Below are positions 9,376-19,175 of a stretch of 64,000 bases of DNA, one piece after another. Made by a program: the position numbers and the translations under genes. How positions within the stretch are numbered: the stretch's first letter is position 1; the number at the start of each line of letters is the position of its first letter. Under the pieces are notes generated by a model, which worked only from the letters and a program-made list of their open reading frames with translations, had not been told where the DNA came from and made no database searches. Origin of the DNA: a virus (lineage: Duplodnaviria; Caudoviricetes); the IMG/VR virus record IMGVR_UViG_3300021431_000003, positions 1-64,000 of that record; one strand, given 5' to 3'.

Positions 9376-9678
9376 ATGCATATGATTAATAGCTTTACAA
9401 CGTTAAATAAGAGCAATCGTAGAGGGGGAGTATATTATATAAACTATTATAATCTACGGCTTTGGTTAGAAAGTTATTTTTCAGGATATAGTTTTGCAGT
9501 TAATGCAGATATGTCTGATAATACTATAACGGTTGATATATCTAAGGTATTGTCTGATGATGATATAGGAAATAAAGAAACACATGTGGCTTGTGCTAGA
9601 ATACCAATTGTATTTATAATGTATAATAATGAATATAAAATTAGACAAGTCATTCAAGATGCTATTTATGGGAGGTAA
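9376..9678 (+). CDS. Hypothetical protein
   Basis: 100 aa, RBS aaggagg, late motif at 9347. Confidence 0.65.
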   Translation: MHMINSFTTLNKSNRRGGVYYINYYNLRLWLESYFSGYSFAVNADMSDNTITVDISKVLSDDDIGNKETHVACARIPIVFIMYNNEYKIRQVIQDAIYGR

Positions 9679-9989
9679 TATATTATATGAAAGATATACA
9701 ATACTCATCATCAGAAGTCACTACCATATATAAAAGTGAAGAACATGCCCAAAAAATATTAAAAGCTATAAAAGAATAAGGTGACGATATAAAGTCATTA
9801 AAATCTTATGCTATTGATAGTCACGATTCTATCACAAGTACTTTAAAAATGATATATTGGATACTCATATTTTCCATAATTGTTAATATGTTTACTGCAG
9901 GTCTTCTTATCTATATTCTATATCGTTTATTTGGATAACGATAGTATAACTAACTAATATATAAACCTATGATGAAAGGAGGGTTTAGA

Positions 9990-10323
9990 ATGGCTTTATC
10001 TATAGGATTGGGAACTTTTGAATCTATTTATGATATACAAGAATTAGAAAAGCAAAAAAGAACTACGAGATGAAGAACTAAAAACTATAATCTCTAATAA
10101 TGAGAAAATATGTAAACGTATTGATGATGAATTAAATTATTCAAAATCTATAGGTGAAGTCGAAAATGATAAACCTATAGATATAATAAATCATAAATTG
10201 AGTTTAGCACGACTTAATGCTACAAAGATAGATATAGATGATAATATATCTAAACTTGAAGCTGAATTGTGTAAACTATATAAATTACGTAAACAATATG
10301 AGGAGGTGTTAAGAAATGTCTGA
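9990..10323 (+). pseudogene. Frameshifted small coiled-coil gene
   Basis: MALSIG...LEKQK then stop at about 10071; the +1 frame continues ELRDEELK...YEEVLRNV; break lies in an A6 run at 10054-10059. Confidence 0.5.
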
Positions 10324-10468
10324 TAAGTTTGGTCTGATAACAGAGCAGGGCTATAACATGCCTGGCAGCTATGGTTATAAGCCTCTCAATGAGGAAGACA
10401 ATCGTAAGATTCTTGAAGAGAATGCTAAGAAAGAGTCCGATAAAGAAAAAGAAAAGAAAGATAAGTGA
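10316..10468 (+). CDS. Small hypothetical protein (50 aa)
   Basis: RBS gaggagg; MSDKFGLITEQGYNMPG...KKDK. Confidence 0.6.
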   Translation: MSDKFGLITEQGYNMPGSYGYKPLNEEDNRKILEENAKKESDKEKEKKDK

Positions 10469-10870
10469 GTGATTATAATGGGAATAGCAGAACAGCTTAG
10501 AGTTGCTAATATGGATGATGAAATCAAAATTATTAATAAGATTATAGCAATAGCTATAGAGCATGGCGGCGATGGAGGCGGTCCATATTTTACTGAACAT
10601 GAAAGATTATATGAAGCTATACATGATTGGCTTAAGCATAATCATTTAGAGAATGATTATTGTATAGTCGGTGGAGGTACATTTGATAACGAATTCGAAT
10701 ATGATGGTGTTCCGAAAATAGTACCTGTTTTTAAACGCAATAGTGCTCCGAAAATAGTACTACCTGAAGAAAATCCAGTAGTAAATATGGATAATACTAG
10801 AACTCAAGATGAACTTAATATCTTGATTGAAGAATCGTTAGACTCAATTATTGAAGAAGAAAAGGAGTAA
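10469..10870 (+). CDS. Hypothetical protein
   Basis: 133-aa ORF, coupled to the tubulin gene; contains AIEHGGDGGGPY motif. Confidence 0.65.
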   Translation: MIIMGIAEQLRVANMDDEIKIINKIIAIAIEHGGDGGGPYFTEHERLYEAIHDWLKHNHLENDYCIVGGGTFDNEFEYDGVPKIVPVFKRNSAPKIVLPEENPVVNMDNTRTQDELNILIEESLDSIIEEEKE

Positions 10871-10876
10871 TTTATA

Positions 10877-12172
10877 ATGAACAGAAGCTTTACATTTGGT
10901 TGTGGACAGGGTGCAACTAAAGCAATGATTTATTGCATTGAGAATGGCACTCTTGACAGAGATGAATGTTGTGTTGTTAATTCTACTGTTAAGGATATTC
11001 CAGAAGATTATAGAGAGGATTGTATTATCATCTCTGAAGACCCAGATGCAGGATGTGGTAAGGTACGTTCTGCTGCTAAGAAGCTTATGCTTGCTTATCT
11101 CAGAAATAATCCTAATGTTATTACTGCACGTATTCCTGATGATGTACAGTATGTAAATATCATTACTACTACAGAAGGTGCATCTGGTTCTGGTGCATCT
11201 GTAGTACTTGCAAAGTATATCGAGTCTCAGCTTGATCTGCCAGTAATCATTACATTGATTTGTGGCTTTGAGTCTGATACTAGAGGTTTGCAGAATACTA
11301 TTGAGTATTTCAAAGACCTTGAGGGTGGTAACTTTGTTGTCAGAACTGTATCTAACAAGAGATTTCTTGAAAAGACTAATAATACTTTTGTTGCAGAAAA
11401 GATGGCAAATGCAGATATCTCTACAGCTTTCAAGGTTGTAAATGCATTTGACATTGTAGATTCTGAGCAGAATATTGATGATACTGACCATTACAAGCTG
11501 ATTACTAATCCTGGTATGATGTTTGTTACCGAAGTTACATTTGATAAGAAGCTTAAGAATCCTAATCAATTCGACCAGCTTGTATCTGATGCAATTGATT
11601 ACTCTTCTTCTCTTGACTTCGAACCATCTGCTACAAAGATTGGTGTGTTTATGAATATCTCTGATGATAACCTTAGTGTTATCGACACTAGCTTCTCTGC
11701 TATCAAGAAGAAGCTTTGTGGTAATAATACCATCGAGGAGTTTTTTGTTCATAGACAGTATAAGGTTGATGAGCCAGAGTTTGTAAGAATTATTGCATCT
11801 GGTATGAATCTTCCTAAGGAAGAGCTTCAGGATATGTATGCTAAGTATCAGAAGAATCTTACTGTAAATAACAACGATGATGATTTCTTCAGTGCTATCT
11901 CTGGTATGGAGACCGTATCTCAGAATACATCTACTGGAAGAAAGAAGAATGATAATGACGACTTCTTCTCTCAGTTTGATGCAGAAGAGACTACAGAAGA
12001 AGATGAACTTGTTATCAGACGCAGTAAGAGAAGAAGACCTACTGGTAATTCTGGCACACCTGATACAAAGGTCGATTCTAATGGTGGTTACGAAAAGAAG
12101 CGTGGTTTTACTGCAAAGAAAACCAATTCTAACGAAACTCCATACTCTGAGGATGTAATTAATAAGTTTTAA
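10877..12172 (+). CDS. Tubulin/FtsZ-family GTPase (PhuZ/TubZ-like)
   Basis: FGCGQG (T1), GCGK (T3), TTEGASGSG (T4 signature variant), NIDDTD (T7), acidic C-tail with DDFF repeats. Confidence 0.85.
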   Translation: MNRSFTFGCGQGATKAMIYCIENGTLDRDECCVVNSTVKDIPEDYREDCIIISEDPDAGCGKVRSAAKKLMLAYLRNNPNVITARIPDDVQYVNIITTTEGASGSGASVVLAKYIESQLDLPVIITLICGFESDTRGLQNTIEYFKDLEGGNFVVRTVSNKRFLEKTNNTFVAEKMANADISTAFKVVNAFDIVDSEQNIDDTDHYKLITNPGMMFVTEVTFDKKLKNPNQFDQLVSDAIDYSSSLDFEPSATKIGVFMNISDDNLSVIDTSFSAIKKKLCGNNTIEEFFVHRQYKVDEPEFVRIIASGMNLPKEELQDMYAKYQKNLTVNNNDDDFFSAISGMETVSQNTSTGRKKNDNDDFFSQFDAEETTEEDELVIRRSKRRRPTGNSGTPDTKVDSNGGYEKKRGFTAKKTNSNETPYSEDVINKF

Positions 12173-12181
12173 CATATAATT

Positions 12182-12256
12182 AATGATACTAAGATTTCAC
12201 ACTTCACATTTAATAAAATACCAGAGTGGCACACACCCACTCTGGTATACTTTTGC
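12182..12256 (+). ncRNA. Candidate trans-acting antisense sRNA
   Basis: AACA-tataat-TAAT promoter at 12171, about 35-nt single-stranded part, terminator ataccagagtgg/ccactctggtat; 12191-12211 is complementary to the leader at 53345-53364. Confidence 0.55.
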
Positions 12257-12324
12257 TTTTAATACCATCAACAACTATTTTATAAATAATTGTACCTTAT
12301 TGGGTACGTATAGGAGGTTTTGTT

Positions 12325-13605
12325 ATGAGTAAAGCAGTAGAAACAGCTGCAGAAGTTAATCTTCTTTTGAATGAGGTTAACGATGTATTAGCTAAGACGA
12401 AAGACTATTCAATGATTAATGAAGCTGAATTTGACGTTCAGTATCCGACAGGTTTCTTATCATTTGATTATAAAGCATGTGGTAAGATTATCAATGTAAC
12501 TTATCCAGATGGTTCTAAGACAAGCTATGATTCTATCGGAATTGTAGATGGAGCCATGTATATGATTATCGGACGTTCTGGTTGTGGTAAATCAACTTAT
12601 GGCGTTCAGATATCTTCAAACATTATTCGTAATTTCATTAATGGAATTATGTTTGTCGATATTACTGAAGCTACTGGTATGATGAAAGACAGACTTCAAG
12701 ACCTAACTGGTTTTAGCGATGAAGAGTTCTCTAAGAAAGTTAAGATGAGAAACGCTGGTATTACAATTGAAAATGTGTACAAGCGTATTAAAGTCATTCA
12801 TGATGTTAAAATCAGTAATCCAGATAAGTATAAATACGATACTGGTCTGGTTGATTGTTTTGGTAAGAAGATTTATAAATTCCAACCAACTGTATATCTC
12901 GTAGACTCTATTCCTTATCTTACAACAGAGAAGATTGCTGAAGAAGAAGAGATGTCTGGTCAGATGTCTGTTACAGCAAATGCAAAAGCTCTTGCACAGT
13001 TCTATAGAAGGACTACTCAGGTTTGCAAAGAAGCTAATATTATCTTTATCGCTATCAATCATATCAATGAAAAGGTAGAGACTGGAATTGTTCATACAAA
13101 GTCTAAGACTCAGTTCCTTAAACAGAATGAAACTCTTCCTGGTGGTAATGCACCTATCTATTCTTCTACAATCTTTAGGATGGATGATGGTTCAAAGCTT
13201 ACTTCAGATAAGGACTTTGGTATTAATGGTTGTTATGTAACCATTTCTAATGTCAAGTCTCGTTCTGGTATTTCTGGTACTGAATCTGCAGTAGACTTGA
13301 TATTTAACTATGTTACTGGATTTGATCCAGACCTGTCTCTCTATATGATGCTTAAGAATGCAGGTAGAGTAAATGGTGCAGGTGCTTATCTGTATTTCGG
13401 TGATAGAAGTGATTGTAAGTTCTCTCAGAGAGGATTTAAATCTAAACTCTATGAAGACCCCGAATTTCTTAATATCTTCGTAGAAGAAGTGGTGACATAT
13501 CTTAAGACAGAACTTGCTGAATATGCAAGACTTAAGTCAATGCCTATGTCTAAGGCGACAAATATGATTATCGATAAGATTAGAGTAATGAACAATGTAA
13601 ACTGA
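12325..13605 (+). CDS. RecA/UvsX-like recombinase ATPase
   Basis: YPTGFLSFD, Walker A GRSGCGKST, Walker B YLVDSI, IFIAINHI, PGG.A. Confidence 0.8.
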   Translation: MSKAVETAAEVNLLLNEVNDVLAKTKDYSMINEAEFDVQYPTGFLSFDYKACGKIINVTYPDGSKTSYDSIGIVDGAMYMIIGRSGCGKSTYGVQISSNIIRNFINGIMFVDITEATGMMKDRLQDLTGFSDEEFSKKVKMRNAGITIENVYKRIKVIHDVKISNPDKYKYDTGLVDCFGKKIYKFQPTVYLVDSIPYLTTEKIAEEEEMSGQMSVTANAKALAQFYRRTTQVCKEANIIFIAINHINEKVETGIVHTKSKTQFLKQNETLPGGNAPIYSSTIFRMDDGSKLTSDKDFGINGCYVTISNVKSRSGISGTESAVDLIFNYVTGFDPDLSLYMMLKNAGRVNGAGAYLYFGDRSDCKFSQRGFKSKLYEDPEFLNIFVEEVVTYLKTELAEYARLKSMPMSKATNMIIDKIRVMNNVN

Positions 13606-13613
13606 GGTATGAG

Positions 13614-13630
13614 TGTATATTATTAGTGTG
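13614..13630 (+). promoter_or_regulatory. Early-type promoter driving non-virion RNAP/ligase genes
   Basis: tgtatattattagtgtg, followed directly by a 5' hairpin gtgtgagatg/catctcacac. Confidence 0.65.
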
Positions 13631-13681
13631 AGATGAGCAATCATCTCACACCAATAATCTATCAAAAAGGAGGAAATTGTC

Positions 13682-15934
13682 ATGAAGGACGGAATTTATG
13701 AAAAGATATACTCCGATCCTGCCATAGATAAACATATCGAAGCAGCAGGAAAGAAGTATAACAACGATATGGAACGAATGATTGGCGTCGGATTAAACAT
13801 GCCTTGTGAAAGTGAAAACTCTGCTGCAAGAAAGAACATGTTCTCTTCTCAGTATCAACAGCATGTTTGTTTAGTCGACCCAGAAATACCTTATGTCTCT
13901 ACAGGTTATGAGAACCTGTTTGGATGGCATAGCTCATCGTTTATAAAGTCAGATAGGAACTGGCGTGTATTTGCAAAGATTGAAAAATTTGCTAATAAGC
14001 CTGGTCATCATTACTTTCTGATTGTAATAGATGAGAATAACAACATGGATGTTATCGAAAGGGTATCGTATTGTCATAATACAGAAACTTACGGTTTTAT
14101 GTATGACAACAAATATCTCGATAAACTCGTACAAGGTTCTATAATTCCAGTAGGTCAAACCATTAAAAAGTCTAAGTCTTTTGATGAGTTTGATAATTAT
14201 ATGCCTGGTAAGAACCTGATGGCAATGTATGTAGCTGATGCAAATACAACTGAAGATGCTATTGAATTATCTAGAAGCGCAGCTATAGCATTAGCTAGAA
14301 CAGAAATCAAGAAGGTAACAATTCTTATTAATGATAACGATATCCCTCTTAACTTATACGGAGATAATAACTCTTATAAGATTATACCAGATATTGGAGA
14401 ATATGTAAAGAATGGTATGCTTTGTGGTACAAGAACAGAAAGAAACGATGAATCGTTCTTTACCCAGAGTGCAGAACGGCTCAGAACACCGATGATTAAC
14501 GATGTGACCTTTAAACCAAAAGGCCATAATGCTCAAGTTGTAGACATTGATATATTCTGTAATAAAGATATAGCATCTTCTAATAATGGAATATATGAAG
14601 GTCAGTTAGCATTCTATGACAGTAATTATAAAAGATTCTGTCAGGAATTCGTTAATATCATGAAGAACTATATTAACAATAGTGACTATCATAAATCTTA
14701 CGAGCTTAGTAAGATGTATAGTAACTGTCTTAGTGTAGTTCAGGGTAAACAGTATTTCAAAGACAATGTGTTCTCGAATATCATTCTTGAGATTACATTG
14801 TATGAAGAGTCTCCTCTTGACAAAGGAGATAAGATTACCTCTAGAACTGGAGGTAAAGGTGTTATCTCTAGAGTTATTCCAGACGAAGAGATGCCTAGAA
14901 TTAGCGGTACAGATGTAATAGTTGACCTTATTTGGAATCAAGCTACATGTGTTAATAGATTGAATCCTGGTCAGCTCTTTGAACTGTCACTTAACTTTAT
15001 TGCAAGCAATCTTGTAAATACTATCTCTACTGAAATATTTGATGTAGAGCAGACAGTTGCATTGATTTATGATTTTTATAATCATCTGTCCCCAGAATTT
15101 GCAAATAGTTTTCTTGAATGTGTGAACTTACAAGTCGATGATGATAATGCTTTATTAGCTATAGCAAATATGTTAACACCAGATGGTGACGGACTTTATA
15201 TGGCTCTTAAACCTATCTCTGAAGCAGTAACGTTTGAACAGCTCATGAAAATCTATGGTAATTATCCGTGGATTAAACCAGTTTTCCTCGACGTTCCTGT
15301 TGTAGGATCTAGAGGACAGATTAGATTCATACAGAGTCAGAAACCTAGTATTGTTGCAAAGCAGTATATCTATAGGATGAAACAGAATGCTGAGGAGAAA
15401 CATTCTGCTACATCTCTATCTGCGACAAATATTAGAAACATGAACTCTAAGTCCAAAGCATCCAAGATGTATATTCGTACTCATTCCAATACACCTATTC
15501 GTTTTGGTGAGATGGAAGGAAATATCTTTAAAGCTATGGGTGCTGAAATTGACTGCATCAACATGATGATTTATAGCAACTCTCCTATCGGTAGAAGAGA
15601 TGCTAAACAGATGTTGACGTCGTATAAATTCGATGTACAGCTGTCTGAGAATGCCAAGTCAAGAAGTGCTGAGATACTGAATGCAATTATTAAGACTATG
15701 GGAATCAAGTTTGTATTTAACAAGATTCCGATTAAGTATGGTAATGTATTTCAGTTCTTAGACCCGCAGAATGATAAGCTGTTTGTATTCTTAGACCCAG
15801 AAAAGGATAAATTGTTCGTTAATGTATCTAAGGAAGAAAAGAAACTCTTTATTCCAATTGAGGATAATGAGAGACTTCTGTTTACTCCTGTTACAGATAA
15901 CGAACGTAAACTCTTTGAATATAAAGGAGATTGA
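13682..15934 (+). CDS. Non-virion RNA polymerase beta subunit, C-terminal half
   Basis: NSAARKNMFSSQ, PGKNL...TEDAI, GDKITSRTGGKGVIS, NRLNPGQ, YIYRMKQ, PIRFGEME. Confidence 0.9.
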   Translation: MKDGIYEKIYSDPAIDKHIEAAGKKYNNDMERMIGVGLNMPCESENSAARKNMFSSQYQQHVCLVDPEIPYVSTGYENLFGWHSSSFIKSDRNWRVFAKIEKFANKPGHHYFLIVIDENNNMDVIERVSYCHNTETYGFMYDNKYLDKLVQGSIIPVGQTIKKSKSFDEFDNYMPGKNLMAMYVADANTTEDAIELSRSAAIALARTEIKKVTILINDNDIPLNLYGDNNSYKIIPDIGEYVKNGMLCGTRTERNDESFFTQSAERLRTPMINDVTFKPKGHNAQVVDIDIFCNKDIASSNNGIYEGQLAFYDSNYKRFCQEFVNIMKNYINNSDYHKSYELSKMYSNCLSVVQGKQYFKDNVFSNIILEITLYEESPLDKGDKITSRTGGKGVISRVIPDEEMPRISGTDVIVDLIWNQATCVNRLNPGQLFELSLNFIASNLVNTISTEIFDVEQTVALIYDFYNHLSPEFANSFLECVNLQVDDDNALLAIANMLTPDGDGLYMALKPISEAVTFEQLMKIYGNYPWIKPVFLDVPVVGSRGQIRFIQSQKPSIVAKQYIYRMKQNAEEKHSATSLSATNIRNMNSKSKASKMYIRTHSNTPIRFGEMEGNIFKAMGAEIDCINMMIYSNSPIGRRDAKQMLTSYKFDVQLSENAKSRSAEILNAIIKTMGIKFVFNKIPIKYGNVFQFLDPQNDKLFVFLDPEKDKLFVNVSKEEKKLFIPIEDNERLLFTPVTDNERKLFEYKGD
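15743..15931 (+). repeat. Six degenerate 33-bp (11-aa) tandem repeats at RNAP C-terminus
   Basis: NVFQFLDPQND/KLFVFLDPEKD/KLFVNVSKEEK/KLFIPIEDNER/LLFTPVTDNER/KLFEYKGD. Confidence 0.8.
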
Positions 15935-15938
15935 TTTT

Positions 15939-18263
15939 ATGAATCCTATGCATTCGATTGTGGAACAGTTATTGAAAGGAGATGCATCTTGTCTTACACA
16001 GGATGTCATCTTTAATATCAATAATATGGTAATAGCTCTTATCAATAAAGAACCTCTTACCAGTGTAGAGCAGGATATCGTTAACGATATCCTGCACATT
16101 TCTAATCTCATCTACAATAATACGGATAGAAGTATCCTTGTATTGGAAGATGGAGTATATGACCTTCTCTTAGAGAAGTATAAGCGTTATAATCCTAACT
16201 TTCAGGTTGGTGCTGAGCCTGTAACGATTGGTAATTTCGGAACATCGGATGTAATCAATGATACGTCTGAAATCGAAAGAGACCAGTTGTTTGTATTTCA
16301 GCCATATGTAGATACTAGAGATTATATGTTTAGAGATGAGCTTACTCACTCTGACTTATATGGTAATGCTATTATTAACAGTAATGGTATCAAGACAGTA
16401 TCTAAGAGACTTAAGAATACAAGTCATAAGTATCCTCAACTTGTAGGAACTCTTCATAAGAATAAGTTTGTTCTTGATGTAGAAGCACAGCAAAGAGGAG
16501 TATATGATGATTCTAATGTCAGAATCTTTGAGCGTGATTTCTTAAGAAAACATGTTCAAACAGGAATCGTTAACCCAAATTATATTGAGCTTGTATTAGA
16601 GCTTAAGTATGATGGTGTTAGCGTAGAAGCAGAGGTGACTGATAGAATCCTGTCTGCAAGAACTCGTGGTGATACACAGATGGATAAAGCATCTGACCTT
16701 ACTCCGATTCTTCAGGGATATAGATTCACTAAAGCTTCTGGATTTGACATTCAACCGTTTGGTATGAAGTTTGAAGCAGTGATTTCATATCAAGCATTAC
16801 AAGAGCTTAGCATTGAATGTGGTAAACAATATGTGAATCCGAGAAATGCAATCATTGGTATTCTTGGTAATTCTGAAGCTGCTAAATATGCTAAGTATAT
16901 CACTCTGGTTCCTCTTCAGACAAGTCATGATAATATGACAAGAGAAGAGGAACTTATCTTCATGAACAGATATTATTCTACTGGAGAATATATCAGATAT
17001 GCCATCGTAAGAGGTGACTATAATTCTGTATTGTTCCAAGTAAAGAAGTTTGTTGATGAAGCTGAAGCGGTAAGAGAAGCTATGCCATTTATGTATGATG
17101 GTGTAGTAGTATCTTATCTCAATCCTCAGATTCGTAATGCTCTCGGTAGAGCTAATTCTATCAATGAGTATTCTACTGCGATTAAGTTTAATACAAAGAA
17201 GAAGCTTACTCGTTGTAGAGGAATCAGCTATACTGTTGGAGCTAATGGTGACATTACTCCGATGATTCATTATGACCCTATAGAGTTTTATGGTATGATT
17301 AATACTAAATCCTCTGGTCATAGTTATGCAAGATTCCAGGAATTAAATCTTCATCCTAATGATATTCTTGAAATTGAATATGTCAATGATGTCATTGCGT
17401 ACGTTAGGAAAGCAATGGTTCCTGAGAATCAATTTAACCCGTTAAGACCGTTTACTTTCACTCAGACTTGTCCAGAATGTGGTTCTCAGTTAGTTTTGTC
17501 AGAAACTGGTAAGAATGTAACTTGTACAAATATGATGTGTAAAGGAAGAGTAGTGGCTAGAATGACTAATATGGTAGCTAAGCTTGGTTTCAAGGGATTC
17601 TCTGAAGAAACTATTAAACAGCTTGATATTAAGTCATTTAGTGAACTTATGACGTTAACTGAAGATAAGACAAGTATTCTTGGTCCTACAAACTCTAAGA
17701 ATCTTATAGATGCGATTGAGTATCTGTATAATTCTAATGTACCAGATTATATTCTTATTGGAGCTCTTGGATTTACTAACATCGCAGCTGGTAAATGGAA
17801 AAGTATTCTTAAGACAGTTAATCTTGCTGACATTATAAAGCTTTCTCAAAATGAATTGTTCTTCAAGCTGAATTCTTCTGGTAAGGGAATTGGAAGTAAG
17901 ACAGCTACTACAATCATTCAGGAAAGAGATGCATTTAAGAATGATTTGGTATATATCTATAATATGCCAAATGTAATCTTTACAAAAGATGGTAATAACG
18001 AAATCATTGAACTTGGTAAGAAGATTAGATTCTCTGGAGTTCGAGATAAAGAACTTGAACAGAGATTAACTTCTAGAGGACATGATTGTTCAGATGGTTC
18101 TGTAACTAAAGATACAGACTTTCTGATTATTCCATTTGTAGGATTCACTAGTGGTAAAGTATCTAAAGCACTTGACTACAATGCTAAGAATCCAAATCAT
18201 CAGATTATGATTATAACATTGGATGAATTCAAACTCAATGAGACTTCATACCTTAAGGGTTGA
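15939..18263 (+). CDS. ligA: NAD-dependent DNA ligase
   Basis: ELKYDG adenylation motif, TRGD, NPRNA, YDGVVV, CPECGS...C..C zinc finger, C-terminal BRCT-like domain; ATG 15939 with aaaggag RBS. Confidence 0.92.
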   Translation: MNPMHSIVEQLLKGDASCLTQDVIFNINNMVIALINKEPLTSVEQDIVNDILHISNLIYNNTDRSILVLEDGVYDLLLEKYKRYNPNFQVGAEPVTIGNFGTSDVINDTSEIERDQLFVFQPYVDTRDYMFRDELTHSDLYGNAIINSNGIKTVSKRLKNTSHKYPQLVGTLHKNKFVLDVEAQQRGVYDDSNVRIFERDFLRKHVQTGIVNPNYIELVLELKYDGVSVEAEVTDRILSARTRGDTQMDKASDLTPILQGYRFTKASGFDIQPFGMKFEAVISYQALQELSIECGKQYVNPRNAIIGILGNSEAAKYAKYITLVPLQTSHDNMTREEELIFMNRYYSTGEYIRYAIVRGDYNSVLFQVKKFVDEAEAVREAMPFMYDGVVVSYLNPQIRNALGRANSINEYSTAIKFNTKKKLTRCRGISYTVGANGDITPMIHYDPIEFYGMINTKSSGHSYARFQELNLHPNDILEIEYVNDVIAYVRKAMVPENQFNPLRPFTFTQTCPECGSQLVLSETGKNVTCTNMMCKGRVVARMTNMVAKLGFKGFSEETIKQLDIKSFSELMTLTEDKTSILGPTNSKNLIDAIEYLYNSNVPDYILIGALGFTNIAAGKWKSILKTVNLADIIKLSQNELFFKLNSSGKGIGSKTATTIIQERDAFKNDLVYIYNMPNVIFTKDGNNEIIELGKKIRFSGVRDKELEQRLTSRGHDCSDGSVTKDTDFLIIPFVGFTSGKVSKALDYNAKNPNHQIMIITLDEFKLNETSYLKG

Positions 18264-18369
18264 AAATTAAACCAGTCCAAACAAGATTATAATCATATAT
18301 AATTATGGTGTAATAGAGAGTGACATCTCTATAATAAAACTAAAACCGATTTTTAAGGAGGAAACTACT

Positions 18370-19101
18370 ATGTCAACAATTCTGAGAAATTCTACTATCC
18401 CTGCAGCTTTTAAGTACAAGGTAGAGGAGAAGGCTCCTACCTTTGTACACCCCGCAACAGGTGAAACAATTCAGGTTCAGATTGGTCTGAATCCTGACCC
18501 AGTGTCTAACGGCAATTCGTCCGTAGATACTTTCGGTGCTCTGATGATGGCTTGTGCAAATGCAATGGCATCGTCTCAGTTCAAGAACAAAGACAAGAGT
18601 GCCCTCGTATTTAACAAAGCTGACAATGGTGAAATCATTGCAGCAGTCATCTCTTCCTATGATGAAGAGGGAGAGAACTATTTCTATAACTTCACATTCA
18701 ACCCCGAAGATGTGAAGGGCATCAAGAATGTAATCAACTACAAGGACTTTGTAGACGAACAGAGAAACATTACGTTCCCGATGCTTGTAAATGCCGCATA
18801 CTGTGCAGCACATAACATCGCAATCAGTGATTATAATGTTCTTGATGTACTGATTATCAGTGCACTTGAGTGCATTTATCAGTGGCTCGATACTAATGCT
18901 AAGGATGGCGAAGTTGTAGAGCTCGTAATCGACGATTACATCGGTCGTTATGAGAAGATGTCTCCAGAGCAGTATCAGGCAGCACTTGTTCCAGTAGCTA
19001 TTGCTACAGTAGAGACTGTCAAGGATGTCAAGAAGATGTCCATCCAGTTCTCTGAAGAGCTCAAGGCTATCGCCAAGGGCAGCAACGATATGCAGTCCTA
19101 A
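18370..19101 (+). CDS. Hypothetical protein, probably highly expressed
   Basis: 243 aa, aaggagg RBS, C-ending codon bias, both promoter motifs upstream (18280 and 18296). Confidence 0.75.
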   Translation: MSTILRNSTIPAAFKYKVEEKAPTFVHPATGETIQVQIGLNPDPVSNGNSSVDTFGALMMACANAMASSQFKNKDKSALVFNKADNGEIIAAVISSYDEEGENYFYNFTFNPEDVKGIKNVINYKDFVDEQRNITFPMLVNAAYCAAHNIAISDYNVLDVLIISALECIYQWLDTNAKDGEVVELVIDDYIGRYEKMSPEQYQAALVPVAIATVETVKDVKKMSIQFSEELKAIAKGSNDMQS

Positions 19102-19175
19102 AGCATGTCTTGAGTTAAAGTGCAGGTTGGCTTCGGTCAACCTGCATTATTTTTAATATGAAAGGAAACGATGTT

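Noticed and set aside
9687-9937. Possible read-through of an in-frame TAA at 9777-9779 joining a 30-aa ORF to a TM-coding frame
   Set aside because: The downstream part has its own aaggtga SD and could start at ATA or ATG; two micro-genes and a nonsense mutation cannot be told apart here.
10844-12175. 443-aa minus-strand ORF, and similar antisense ORFs at 8569-9165, 18373-19140, 20855-21571, 43578-44099 and 54358-55026
   Set aside because: Shadow frames opposite well-supported genes; no RBS or promoter, and atypical composition.
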